NCBI GenBank assembly: GCA_964016885.1
Contig: OZ024742.1
Location: 158,162,001 to 158,226,000, forward strand
Direction: 5' to 3'
Source: Eledone cirrhosa
Lineage: Eukaryota
Length of the DNA stretch: 64,000 nt
The notes under the pieces are model-generated. The model saw nothing but the letters and a program-made list of their open reading frames with translations. It ran no database searches and was not told the origin of the DNA. The position numbers and the translations under genes are program-made. Of this stretch, positions 1-12,561 are shown piece by piece (positions within the stretch are counted from its first letter, which is position 1; the number at the start of each line of letters is the position of its first letter).

Positions 1-3000
1 AAATAGATAGGTCTAGCATAGGCTGTCAACAATTCAAGATAGTCAGCTACACGGACCACAAATTCGTGATCTGTGTGCTTGACTTAGATAGGCTTCATAG
101 ACGAGGACCCGGCTACTGGAAGCTACACGAGTCCTTACCACGCAAGGCCTACAGAGACCGGATTAGCGAACTAGTTAAGCGTGCGTTGCGGGGGCCATCG
201 TCAACAACAAGTGGTGGTTTGCTCTGAGAAGAGCAATTAGAATAGAGTCCATTAGGTTTAGTAAGGCTTTAGCAATAGAGAAAAATAGAGCAGAGGGAGA
301 ATTAGTTAGAAAATAAGACGAGGCGCTTAGCAAAGGCATCGCGACCGACGTACTTGCGGCGAAATTGGCCCTTGACCAATTCTTCAATGCAAAGCACGAA
401 GGCTGCGTTGTCAGAGCTAGGGTGCGTGCTCTCAGACACGAGGGGACGAAAGCCGTTCAATGGGCCCGAGTGGCGGAGGCGCGTCGTGGCAACAAAGCCA
501 CGATCCGGTCTTTGGTGGACCACGATGGGCGCATGCTACTCGTTCCCGGGCAAATGTGTGAAGCTTTTCAGCGACACTTCGCTCAGTTGTTCGGGGAGAG
601 TGGCGGGCCGGATCGAGGGATGGACTTTAGTGTCTACCTCGACGGACTGCCGCGGCTCTCGGCCACTGAGGCGGAGTGTTGCGAAAAGCCGATAACAGCC
701 GCTGAAGTACGGGAGGCAATGACTAGCCGCACAAGTGGTAAATGGCCTGGTTTGGATGGTCTGCCCTATCAACTTTACGTACAGATGCCAGACTTGTGCG
801 GAGGCCTCTTGCCGGACGTCTACTGCAACTGGCAACAGAACGGGAGAATTCACAGCTCTGTGAGCCGAGGAGCTGTGTCGCTGCTGAGAAAGGATCCGAA
901 CAAGGGGGATAACATAGATAATTTTAGGCCCATAACTTTGCTAGACACAGAGTTCAAGATTTTGGCCAAGGTGCTAGCAAAGAGGTTGGCGCTTGTCGTT
1001 GGTGGTCTGGTGGGAGAGGCGCAGACATGCGCCATTCCCGACAGATCCATCCACTACAACATCCACCTCATGCGATACATCGTAGAGCTGGTAGCTAGGG
1101 AACCTGGCACGGGTGGGTCCTTCATCAATTTAGATCAGTCGAAAGCTATCGATAGGGTCGACCACGTTACCTAGCGGCAGTCCTGAGGGCGGCTGGCTTT
1201 GGGCTCGTCTTCAGAGGCTGGATCGCTGCCATGCACAGCGACATCTGCTCTGTGGTGAGAGTGAAAGGTCACCTTTCGGAACCGTTCAACATCATGCGCT
1301 CGGTCCGCCAAGGATGTACCCTCTCGTCCCTCTTGTACGTAATGACTCTCGAGCCATTACTGCACAAACTGGAGACGTTGAGGGGGGATAAGCGCGAACT
1401 AGGATGCGGAAGATCCGTGTCAGCAGATGCGGACGATGTCACCGTAGTGGTGTCGAACGCCAAACACATCGAGGCGATCGGCACTACACTAAAAGAATAC
1501 GAAGCGGTGACAGGAGCAATGATCAACCAGGAAAAGTCAGTGGGCCTGCAGCTCGGCACCTGGAGACGCAGGTCCATGCCGTCCAACAGCGTCGTCGGGC
1601 GCTGGACGGACGGACCAGTTACATTGCCCGGAGTCTGGTTTGGTGCGGATCTCCAGACGGACAAAAACTGGGACGAGGTGACGAGCAGGGTGGCTTCTCT
1701 CACCCAGAAATGGGCGGTGAGGAAGCTATCCCTGAAAGGTCGAGCGGAGGTGGCTAACGCGTACATCGCGTCCGTCATCTACTACCGCCTGACCGTCGTA
1801 CCTTGTCCTAAGACCCGCCTTCTCCTAAGCCCCGCCTGCGGTGGAGCGTTTGCTCTTTCGCTTCTTGTGGAAGGGACGCGCTCCGATGGTCAGGCGATCT
1901 ATCTGGTGTCAACACCCGCTACGTGGAGGGCTGGGCATGCCGTGGCTGATGATGCGTAGACACGCGCTCAGGCTACATCTCCACCTTTTCCTCGACGGTG
2001 ATCTGGTGTGGTCTCCGTTTGCTAGACGCGTCTTTCCCCAGCGCGTCTCCTTGACAGAGCTGCAGTCCTGGGTCAAGCGAAGACCGAGAGGGAGCGGTTG
2101 GAGACTGGAATGTCTTCAGGCGCTCACAGCCCTCGACCAATCGGGCAATGTGATCGGTGAAAACACCACCTTGGCGTTCTATAGAGGATTAGTGGACGGG
2201 AAGAGCGACGACGTACTTGGGGAAACTCTAGGCGTCGACGAAAATCAATTAGCCAATCTCTTCTGAAGAACTTTCGGGTCGGGGCCTATGGACAACTTCC
2301 AGAAATCCCTGGCCTGGCAGTGCATCGAGGAGCTTTGCCAGTTCGGGATAAACTCTACAGGCATGGAGGTGCCGTAAGCCGGGCATGTCCGAGATGCGCA
2401 CAGGGCGATGAAACCCACCTGCACGCACTCGTCCAGCATTGCTGACTTGTGGGTTTATGTCGGACACCTGCTGTCGCGTGTAGGACGGATCCAGCTATGA
2501 GCAGAGTCCATCGTGAGGATTGCCTCGCCCTCTTCCTTTAGCCGGGAAGGGCAGGAAGTTTTTAACTGGCTGGTGTCCATGGCGAAAGAGATAGTATGGT
2601 GGACACGTTTGAAAGGGCTGAAGACGAGCACTTACCTCTTCGGTGATGCCCTGATTAACTTTTTCCAATTTCATTTAAAAAGGAAAATCAGGGTAAAAAG
2701 GGAAGTGCTCTCTTCCCAGGATTTTGTTGAAAGATGGGTGAGAGAGGCAAGAATGGCCCGAGTGAATGGGCCTACTCTGAGTATGTGTCTGTAAATTAAA
2801 GGTGGAAAACTGGGAGAGGGCACTTGCCCTGGTGGTCAGGGTCACTGTGGTCTTTTAATGGGCTTTCTCTACAAATGTCCGTCGGAAGTCTCCCCCCTAT
2901 TGGGGAATCTTTCTTTGTTATTTTATTACATCCTCTGTTTTTTTACACGCAGAAATGCCCATTTGTACCGTCCTGTATTGTCCTGTACTGTCCTTAATGT

Positions 3001-3021
3001 CTACTTTATGTAAACCATTGT
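1..3021 (+). mobile_element. Tx1/L1-clade non-LTR retrotransposon, copy 1 (cut by window edge): end of APE, RT, C-terminal region and 3'UTR; frameshifted
   Basis: Translations show RT motifs PGLDGLP, NFRPITLLDTEFKILAKVLAKRL, LDQSKAIDRVDH, VRQGCTLS and SADADD (YADD mutated), plus LSLKGRAEVAN. ORF2 stop at 2794. Colinear with the copy at 13148-16055. Confidence 0.93.
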
Positions 3022-3023
3022 GA

Positions 3024-3209
3024 GTATCTGTAGAGGGTCGGACGCCATGCTTTCCAGCATAGTTACGTCCCTTTACGATCTGAGTTCAAATCCCGCTAAG
3101 ATTGACTTTACCTTTCATCCTTACGGGGTCGATAAAATAAAGTACCAGTAATGCACTGGGTAATTGCTGGCCTTGTGCCTAAAGTAGAAACAATTATTAT
3201 TATTATTAT
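3024..3209 (+). mobile_element. tRNA-derived SINE (Meta/MESC-like core), 5'-truncated, (ATT)n tail
   Basis: B-box-like GAGTTCAAATCC, core CTTTCATCCTTACGGGGTCGATAAAATAAAGTACCAG, 3' GCTGGCCTTGTGCC-AAAGTAGAAAC and (ATT)n. More than 12 related copies in the window. Confidence 0.85.
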
Positions 3210-6020
3210 AGTTGCATTTATCTTGCTTTATGTTCATACGAGATATCACCAAGTCACAACCAGTGACCTCAAGAGACAACAAGCTCCGCCATCTTCAAGA
3301 AAGAACATACATACACACACATGCATCTTTAGGTGTTTAGACTTGTGATGCACTTATATTGACAGACTCTTCCTTAGTATATGGGCAGTTCCCATTAGTA
3401 CTATCTTTTGTATTTCTCCTATACGCGGGTTTCCTGGGATTTGCGATAAGTAATCATTAGACGCCTTAGGTATCATTCCTAGAGCGCCTACAACCACTGG
3501 TATTGTTTTATTTCTCAATTTCCACATTTTTCCAATTTCTATCTCCAAGTCCTTATACTTGCTCAATTTTTCAAATGTTTTTATAGATACATTCTTGTCT
3601 ATTGGAACGGACATATCAATTAGCAGGCATACCCTCTTTTTAAATTCCTTCAGTATTATATCAGGTCTATTTGCATCTATTTTTCGGTCTGTTTGGATGC
3701 TAAAGTTCCACAAGATTGAGATGTGATCTTTTTCAAGTATGGGAGATGGTTGATGTTCCCACCAATTTTTTTGATGGGGCAGATCAAAATGCTTACATAT
3801 TATCCAATGTATGTATTGTGCAGCCTCTATCATGCCTGTTTAGGTATTCAGTTGGAGCTATAGGACTGCACATTGAAATTATATGATCAATGGTCACTGG
3901 TTGTTTTTTATATACACAGCATAATGGACTGCATCCATTTTTTATTATGTTGGCTTGGTAATTTTGGTTGGCAGACACTGATCTTGTACTGATATAATCA
4001 GTCCTTCAGTCTCCGATTTCAGTCCAGAGGATGCCAACCACTGATGGGTTAAATTTTGTCACCATCAGGATGGTTAGCTCTTTCTGGGTATTTTCCATAC
4101 AGAGGCTTTTCTTGCCATTTCTTAGCCAGTTTCTGTAGCAGTTCTTTCTTTGCAGTTACTTTTACCTGCATTGCTTTTTCTGTGTTTTCCATTTCAGCAG
4201 TAAATGGGACTTCTGAAATTTGTAGTCCAATACTTTATCTTTGTGCATCTTTTGTAATGGAGTATGATCTTCTGATGCTTTCGTGTTTCAAAACGAGTTT
4301 GATCATCCAATCATGTGATTCCCTTAGATATGTAGATAATCCAATTGTTGCAGCTTTCAACGCAATATCTACCTGGATTAACACACGTCCTCCTTCTTTC
4401 CTAGGGAGATATATTCTATCTGTATCTGCCTTAGGGTGATGCATTCTGTGCATTGTTAAGAATTTTCTAATTTTTTGTATCGAGCCTACGGATCTCTGTG
4501 CTTGACCAGTTGATGAGATTGTAACTGTAGGTTACTACTGGTATGGTAAGCGTGTTTATGGCATCGATCCTATTCCTTGCATTCAATTCCGTTCTTAAGA
4601 TTGCTCTTATTCTGCGGTAACATTCCTTCATTATCCTTTCCCTCATTGTCGAGTGCTTGATTCCGTCTCCTTCACAAACACCTAGATATTTGTAAGTTTC
4701 CTTTTGTTCAAATTCTCTTATCACATTCCCCCGATCAAGATTAATGTCTAAACTTTTAGCAGCTTTCCTCTGGTGAATGTTGCTTTGGCGCATTTATCTA
4801 GTCCAAACTCAATTTTAATGTCATCACTGAACTGCTCCACAGTGGATAATAGCCCTTGCAATTGTTCATCACATTTTGCAAATAGTTTCAGGTCATCCAT
4901 GTAGAACAAGTGATTAATGGTTTTGTCATAGACTTTATATCCATGTTTTGTTTCATTGAGCATTTTACTTAATGGTATAAGTGCGATGCAGAATAAAAGC
5001 GGTGATAAAGAGTCACCCTGAAAAGTTCTACAATTAATATTAACTTCTCCAGCTTCCAGTGATTTTGTTTCACTATTCAAAAGGAGTGTCGTTTTCCCTG
5101 TCTTCATACTGAATGACAGGAACCTCCTGACAACGGGAGATATTTTGAAAATCTCTAAATATTTTTCAATCCAACTGTGTAGCAAACTATCGAATTCTTT
5201 TTTATAATCTATCCAAGCAATTGATAGATTTTTGTGTCTATTATGACAATCTTCCAGTATCATTTTGTTAACCAAAACCTGATACTTACAGCCATATGAG
5301 CCTCGTTTACACCCTTTCTGCTAATTGGGAAATAGGTCATTTGTTATCAGGTGGTCATATGTATATTCAGTTAGGTAGACGTTCAAATGTTATACATTGT
5401 GGTCAAGCAGGTTATCGGTCTGTAATTTTGGGGATTGTTTGTCTCATCATTCTTCGGAAGCAGGAATGTAATGCCGTTAACTAGCTATGATGGTATCTTT
5501 TCTGGCTCCTTAACTATTTCTTTGTAAAGTTGGGCTAACAGCTCATGAGACTCTGTGAAGGCATTTATCCAAAAATTTGGTATTTTGTCTTTTCCTGGGG
5601 ATTTCATTTGCTGGTTTTTCTAAGAGCCAAACGCAACTGTTCAACTGTTATATTTTCCCATATTTGTTCCTCAAGGTGAGCTGTATCTTTCATTTGTCTG
5701 TCTATCCATGGGGCATGTATATTATGAACTTTTTCTTCTGCCCAGATCTTTTCCCAGAATTCTTGCACTTTCTCCTTGGGTGGTATTGATTTAGCAGTTA
5801 TTGTTGACTTGCCAATTTTTCTGTAGAAGTTTCTTTGGTTGTTTTTGAACATATTATTGTCCTTATAGAATCTAGATCGTTTTTCAAAGCGCCTTATACG
5901 AGCAGCTTTGGTCGACACTTTTTGCTTGATTATTTCTATCAGCATGTCTATGTCACTTGTTGATTTTATACTGTATTTTCTTTTCAATTTTCTAAGTTAA
6001 CATGTTCACCTACTTTGCAG

Positions 6021-6023
<3 letters not shown>
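3210..6023 (-). mobile_element. R4/Dong-like non-LTR retrotransposon (RT + restriction-like endonuclease), family A, 5'-truncated and frameshifted
   Basis: RT motifs IDYKKEFDS, FQGDSLSPLLF and HLFYMDDLKLF. CCHC-like region followed by RHD. RLE RPDIIL...LIDMSVP...KLSKYKDL...IPVVVGALG, stop at 3354. Flanked on both sides by (TAA)n on its sense strand. Confidence 0.88.
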
Positions 6024-6078
<55 letters not shown>

Positions 6079-6165
6079 TTTGCCTTTCATCCTTACGGGG
6101 TCGATAAAATAAAGTACCAGTAATGCACTGGGTAATTGCTGGCCTTGTGCCAAAAGTAGAAACAC

Positions 6166-6215
<50 letters not shown>

Positions 6216-6396
6216 CCACGAAGGCAGTGGATTGGCAGTATCTGTAGAGTATCAGACACCATGCTTTGCAGCTCTTTACGTTCTGAGTTCAAATCTCGCC
6301 GAGCTTACGAGGTCGATAAAATAAAGCACCACTATTGCACTGGGGTAATTGCTGGCCTTGTGCCAAAAGTAGAAACTATTATTATTATCATTATTG
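6024..6396 (+). mobile_element. (ATT)n tract followed by two tandem SINE copies (3' half 6078-6212; 6222-6396), each with an (ATT)n tail
   Basis: Same core and 3' motifs as 3024-3209, separated by ATT arrays. Confidence 0.85.
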
Positions 6397-7235
6397 TTCT
6401 TTGAGTCTCAGTCATTGATGTTATTTAACTGGAAAGTTTGTTGAAATGAATATCAAGCCGCTACCTGCAGCCTCAGATATTCAGGACGCATCGGAGGGTT
6501 CTTGCTGTTCCCAGCAAGCATGCCTTTTGAAGTGTTCCAAAAAGCGGGGCTGAGCTAATATTCTTTAACCATCCTTGGAAACTCTTTGAGATAGTACTTA
6601 GTGCGCCTATGACAATCGGGAAGACCTTGATTTCATGGCAGTTCCAAATCCTTTTAACACTCCCTTTAAATCCTGGTATCGGTTAATTTTCTCCCTCTCC
6701 TTTTCTTGCACTCTCGTGTCAAATGGGCAGGCTACATCTACAATCAGGCACGATCTTTTTTCCTTGTCCAAAACCACCAGGTCAGGTCTATTGTATTCCA
6801 GTTTCTTGTCCGTCTGTATCCTAAAATCCTACAGCACCTTCACCTGATCATATTCTATCACCGACTCTGGCTTATGCTCATACCACTTCTCAGAATGTGG
6901 TAAATTGTTTATTTTGCATAGATGCCAATGAATCCCCCTGCCCATCACATCATGTCTCCAGCCTTTGTAGTGAGTCTGGGCTAGGTGTTTACACTCGGAT
7001 ACAATGTGACCCACAGTCTCCTCGCTCTCTCTCTCTCTCCACAGGTCCTACACAGTGAGCTCACCTCCTCCTTGTCAATGTGGTGTTTCTCCCACATCCT
7101 TCTGAGGGCTTGCTCCTGCGCAACCATTAGCATTCCTTCTCTAGCTTTTTTAAGGGCTCCTCTTGTTAACCAGTTCTATCTCTGTGGATCTCTAAATTCC
7201 GTTTTCTTAATATGATCGAATAATGTCCGAGGTTC
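6397..7235 (-). mobile_element. 3' fragment of a second R4/Dong-like element (CCHC + RLE domain)
   Basis: ETVGHIVSECKHLAQTHYKGWRHD...WYEHKPESV...DFRIQTDKKLEYNRPDLVVLDKEKRSCLIVDVACPFD. The 3' end abuts the (TAA)n tail of the SINE. Confidence 0.82.
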
Positions 7236-7864
7236 TTTTTCATATAACAATTAATGGTAGTATTATGGTAGAGCAATATTTATTTTGTTGTGGGCTTTAT
7301 CATAGTCACGTCATTTCGTTTTAGCTTTTATATGTCACATGTATGAACTAAGCTGTCACTAACATACCTATTATAATTGTAACTTTGCAAATAAGATCCT
7401 TATGTGGATTCAGTTTTAAATCAACAATTACATAATTTAAGAATAAACAGAATATTTTGTTATTCAATACAATTTAATTGATTGCACATATTTCAAAATT
7501 TAAATGAAGGAAAGAATCTTTATATATATAAAGAAGAATACCGTCTCCCATAAACATATTTACTAAGAATTTCTGTCGAAAACGCCTTGATGGAATGTAT
7601 TGAATTTTAAAATCTCATAAATCTGTTCATAAAGAAAAAAAGACAATGTTGAATGACAGCGTATATATTTATGTAATTCGACAGCAATCATTTATCTTCA
7701 TAGATATTTCACTATTGTTTTGTTCTGTTTGTGGTAAATAAATATTTGCATGATAATAAACAGGCTAAACCTAGATATGTGTATACGTGTGTATCTATTG
7801 GGCACTTTATTTATTCGTGTATATGGGCAATATTACTCACACATACAAGCCATACACACACACT

Positions 7865-7867
<3 letters not shown>

Positions 7868-7904
<37 letters not shown>

Positions 7905-8039
7905 GTATATATATATATATGTATATATATCATATATATATATATGTATATATATATACACACATATACATATATATATATATACATATACATATATATA
8001 TGTATATATATATACATATACATATATATATGTATATAC

Positions 8040-8091
<52 letters not shown>

Positions 8092-8240
8092 GTATATACA
8101 TATATATATGTATATGTATATATATATATATGTATATATATATACATATATATATGTATATGTATATATATATATGTATATGTGTGTATATATATATACA
8201 TATATATATATATGATATATATACATATATATATATATAC

Positions 8241-8296
<56 letters not shown>

Positions 8297-8318
8297 TATA
8301 TAATATATATATATATAT
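7868..8318. repeat. Palindromic TA/TACA microsatellite mosaic
   Basis: Interruptions such as TAATG, ATCAT and ACACACAT on the left are mirrored as reverse complements on the right. Centre near 8070. Confidence 0.8.
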
Positions 8319-9911
8319 AGCGGAGAACAGAAGACAAAAACAGAAAACATGGAGACCCTCTTCTCTTCAGTCAACTCCTGGAAATCATTAGAGGTTTGGT
8401 ACATTAATGTTGATAATGTTTTTCCAGTGCACACGAGACAGACACCAGCATGAGAAGACAGAGAAAGCTAGGACAAAGTGTGTAATTAGATGAATTACAT
8501 AAAAAAGCCAAGTGTTACAAGCCGGTGTGCTCTACTGAAAACGAAGTGATAAAAATATGCTGTGCAATAACTTCGGCAAGAGAAAAATAAATAGCTTGGA
8601 CGTTATGCTTACGATAAGAGACGTCCGTCCAAAGAAAGAGCTGAAGCCACGTATAAGTAGCCGAAAGTCAATGAAGTGGAAGGAAGAGTCATATCTAGAG
8701 AGAGTATGATACAAGAGGGGGAGAGAGGGAAAGATAGTGAGACAAAGTTAAAGGGAAGGAAAAGTAATGCCAGAGGAAAGGAAAGGGATGTCGATGCGGG
8801 TAAAGTCTATTTTTATATAGGTGTGAAAATATTCCGTGTGGCGAAGAGCATATCGAATATTAATGAAAAAAGGAGTACACAAAACAAATATAGAGTAAAG
8901 AACACAGACCGTCACTTTCCACGAATGGAAATACAAAACAAAAGCGCAGAAGATTAAGATAGAAAAAGAGTGTTACATAGGAGGACTGATTCATTTTAAG
9001 AAAAGTAATATTGGGCCCATACATACAACAATCATTCTATTCCATTTTTAAATATAGTCACGAAAATTATCAATATTATTCCATTTTTGAAAATTCAAAT
9101 ATAATTAAATGTAGCATGGTTGTATACTTTCCTAAATATTTCGCATTATAAGGCTGCGAATAGACAGAGTAGTGAGAGCATGGATTTAATACCACTTGAT
9201 TTTTAACCTGGCTCTGCATCCTAAAAGAATTATAAATTAAAATCCAGTGTAGGTAAACAGTAATTATTAAATTAAATTTTCTGTGAATAAATTATTAATC
9301 TAATATAGTGAAGTGATAAGTTTGTTAGAACGTTGGGAGTCTGTTTCGGTGAATTGCTTTTGGAGTTTGACTACAAAACCATAGTCCCCAAGCTGCATTG
9401 TTATTTGCTTTCACTTGGAGAACGTTGGTGACGTAGTGGGGGAAGTCACACATAGATGAGGGAAAGCTGGTTTTCCTTTAAAAAATCACGACGGCTGCGA
9501 CTTGGAGAGAAATATGTTTTACTAGTACCAGTGATGAAGAAAACTTTTCTACTCTCCGAAAACTGATACTAGTATAGTAATAAGTGAATTCTGGCACAAG
9601 AATTGTGCTCTGATATATTTAATCGACTTTACCGAAAACTAAATATATATCTCCTTGTGCCAAGATAAGAAATAATTACTGCCAACATGAGTTAGCTGTT
9701 ATTTTTTATGTATTTTGTTATGTCGTCTATCATTATATATATATATATATATATATTACATTTCAAAACAGTAGGTCACACAAGTCAAAGCCAAAGGAAA
9801 AGGTATTGGGAAAGGGAACAGTCCCATCTCCTCAGTCAATGCATAGAAATCACTATAGTTTTAAGGCTTTAAATATATATATATGCCTGGGTATGTGTGT
9901 GTGTGTGTTTG

Positions 9912-9942
<31 letters not shown>

Positions 9943-10103
9943 TTACTGATTGTGTAATAAACATAAAGAACTGAAATTATGTCAACTCAATTTCGGGTAT
10001 TTATTTTATTGTTATGAGCTTTGTACTGGTTGTTGTCCATGATTTCTATGTATTCTATATATTCAATTTTTTTTATTGTTGGTTCTACTTGATATTATTA
10101 TTA

Positions 10104-10298
10104 GTGGTGTCTTGGCAGTATCGATAGAGGGTCGGACGCCATGCTTTGAAGCATAGAGTTACCTCCCTGTATGACCTGAGTTCAAATCCCGCCGAGGTTA
10201 ACTTTGCCTTTCATCCTTACGGGGGTCGATAAAATAAAGTACCAGTAATGCACTGGGTAATTGCTGGCCTTGTGCCAAAAGTAGAAACAATTATTATT
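10104..10298 (+). mobile_element. tRNA-derived SINE, near full length
   Basis: TTGGCAGTATCGATAG A-box-like, GAGTTCAAATCC B-box, conserved core and ATT tail. Confidence 0.85.
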
Positions 10299-10572
10299 AG
10301 TGGTGTCAATAATATTATTTCCGTCGTTTCTTTTCTTGTTGTAATAGTAATATTATTATTATTATTGGCGACCTACGTAGTAAATCGTATTATCGTGAGC
10401 TCCGCAAAGGTTTGTTATTTTCAGTTATTTCCATTTATGGAAAATTGTTATTGTTAACTGTATATTAGTGCACATACATTGTTTTCTGAAAAGGACAGTC
10501 AAACAGATTGAGGCTTTGTGCCAAAATTTAAACTTTTATAATTATTTTTAAAAAAATTTCTTTGAAAAAATC

Positions 10573-12528
10573 ATGGCCGAATCACAGCTGCACCAAATAG
10601 CCGAGAGCCTTCCTCACAAACAAACACCTCACACCGACACCACCATTGTAAATATTACTACGTTTGCCAACACTAAAAATATAAGCAGTAGCAATATTTT
10701 AAATTTGTCTCATGCAGACATTCATTTCCCGCCATTACCAATGACTGCAGGTATTGAAGCGACAACAGAAACGAAAGAAAGAAATTATCTCGTGATATCG
10801 AAATGGATTCACCCAAAATGAACTCTTCCACACCGAACACAACTAACGCTACCACCACCACCACAACTGAAACTAAAATTAACAATAACAGAAATAACGA
10901 CAACAACAACACCAACAACAACAATGAGAATAAGAAAACCACACTGTCTTTTGCCAGAGTAGCAAAAATGTGCTAAGCAATCCAGGTAACTCAGGAGGAA
11001 TTAGAAGAAGCCAAAAGAATGGTAAAGAAAGATGGGTACAGGGTCAGCCTCAACCCACCCACCCCCACCCCCACCCCACCGCATCCGCCATCCCTAATAA
11101 AATGGAGCATCGGCGCCTATGCACCGTGTCTTATCGGACGATTAACATAAAATCGCGCCGAGTGGATCGGGCATCCAAGTCCCAAATCCAAAAAGGCTTT
11201 GGGACATGTGTGGGCAAAAAAACCCACATCAGACGTGGGCAGAAATATGGAACCGTGGACGTGTTCTTTGGAACACCACAGGAGGCCAGAGAACACACCA
11301 TGGCCCCATTAAGAAGTGACGACTTCACACTCGTCCCAAGCTATTGTGGCCAGAGACTCGTGAAGATCAGGGTGACCCACGTTCCACCGGCCATCGAAAT
11401 TCCCTGGCTAATGGCTGCCGTCCTCGCCGCCATCGAGGCCAACATCAAGATAATCGAAATAGCGAAAGAAAAGCAGGAGAACTGGTCCGGATCTGGGATG
11501 GGGCTCCTGATCCAAGCGGACCAAAATAGCATTGAGGAGATCCCAGAGGTAATAGACCTAACTGACGGAAGCCACCTCACCGTAATCGTCGAGGGCAGAA
11601 AGCTTAGGTGTTTCGTTTGAGGTGAAATCCACCTAAGGGCTTTCTGCCCTCAGGCTAAAAGGTTGAGTCCACCTCTCTTACCCACCCCAGTGACTCAACC
11701 ATCAACACCACCAACAGCAGAAATGGCAGCAACAACTGTAACAGCAACCACAGAAGCAACTGTAACAGCAACAACCCAGCAACAGTAGCAAAACCTAACA
11801 CCACCCCCACCCAACGCGCCATAACTAGCACCAGCGCCTACACCATCCACCACGCCACAAACAAAACCAATGCCTGTGGAGGATTTTCCACTCCCGGACC
11901 AATCGCGACTGGAGACAGATTGTGACGACGAGGAGGTGGAAACGGTATCAGGAAAAAAGAATAAAAGAAAAAGAAACCAAAATAGAAAAAATTCTCTTCC
12001 TTCCCATCCAAAAACAAAATACAGAGGGAAGCAAATAAACTATCAAACAAAAAAGTTAGGACAGTTATGCCACCATCCACACCAGCATCCCCAACCCCAT
12101 CACCACAAAAACCAACACCATCACCATCATTAACCCCAACACCACCATCACCAACACCACAAAAGTCACCTAAAAGCGAAACAGAAACAAACCCACAACA
12201 AACGCAAACAAATCAAAACAACCAACACGATACACACTACACAGTATTAAATTTGAACAACAACCAATTATTACACTACATCCAACACAACACCAGCATC
12301 ACAGAAAAAGACTACACAACAACCCAAAAGTTCACACCACCTCCACACATACAAATCACTCGCATCACACAGAAAAGGTACAGGACACTAAAACAAAAAT
12401 TCCCCAAAGACATCGGAGACTTCCGACAAACACTCTCCAGGAGGATTTATAAGGACATCCTTCTGGAGGAGGCAAGAAGCAGTGAAAAGGATGTAGAAAC
12501 CATCCTTCCTCTACGAGAAGTAAGGTAA
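10573..12528 (+). pseudogene. Tx1 ORF1 (gag-like, zinc knuckle, Pro/Thr-rich tail), frameshifted
   Basis: SFARVA motif, KIRVTHVPPAI, IPEVIDL...VIVEGRKLR, knuckle C-F-V-*-G-E-I-H-L-R-A-F-C-P at ~11609-11650 and a low-complexity P/T/Q region. Stop at 12528. Confidence 0.75.
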
Positions 12529-12561
12529 GTGGTCTTTCCCATCTTTCCACTCCATTTCAAC

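Noticed and set aside
1269-1778. Antisense ORFs over the Tx1 RT (also 14420-14929)
   Set aside because: Expected shadow ORFs of GC-rich coding sequence, shared only because the copies are homologous.
11618-11620. TGA at a Cys position of the Tx1 ORF1 zinc knuckle (possible selenocysteine)
   Set aside because: A single substitution from TGC/TGT in an element full of other lesions. No SECIS recognised.
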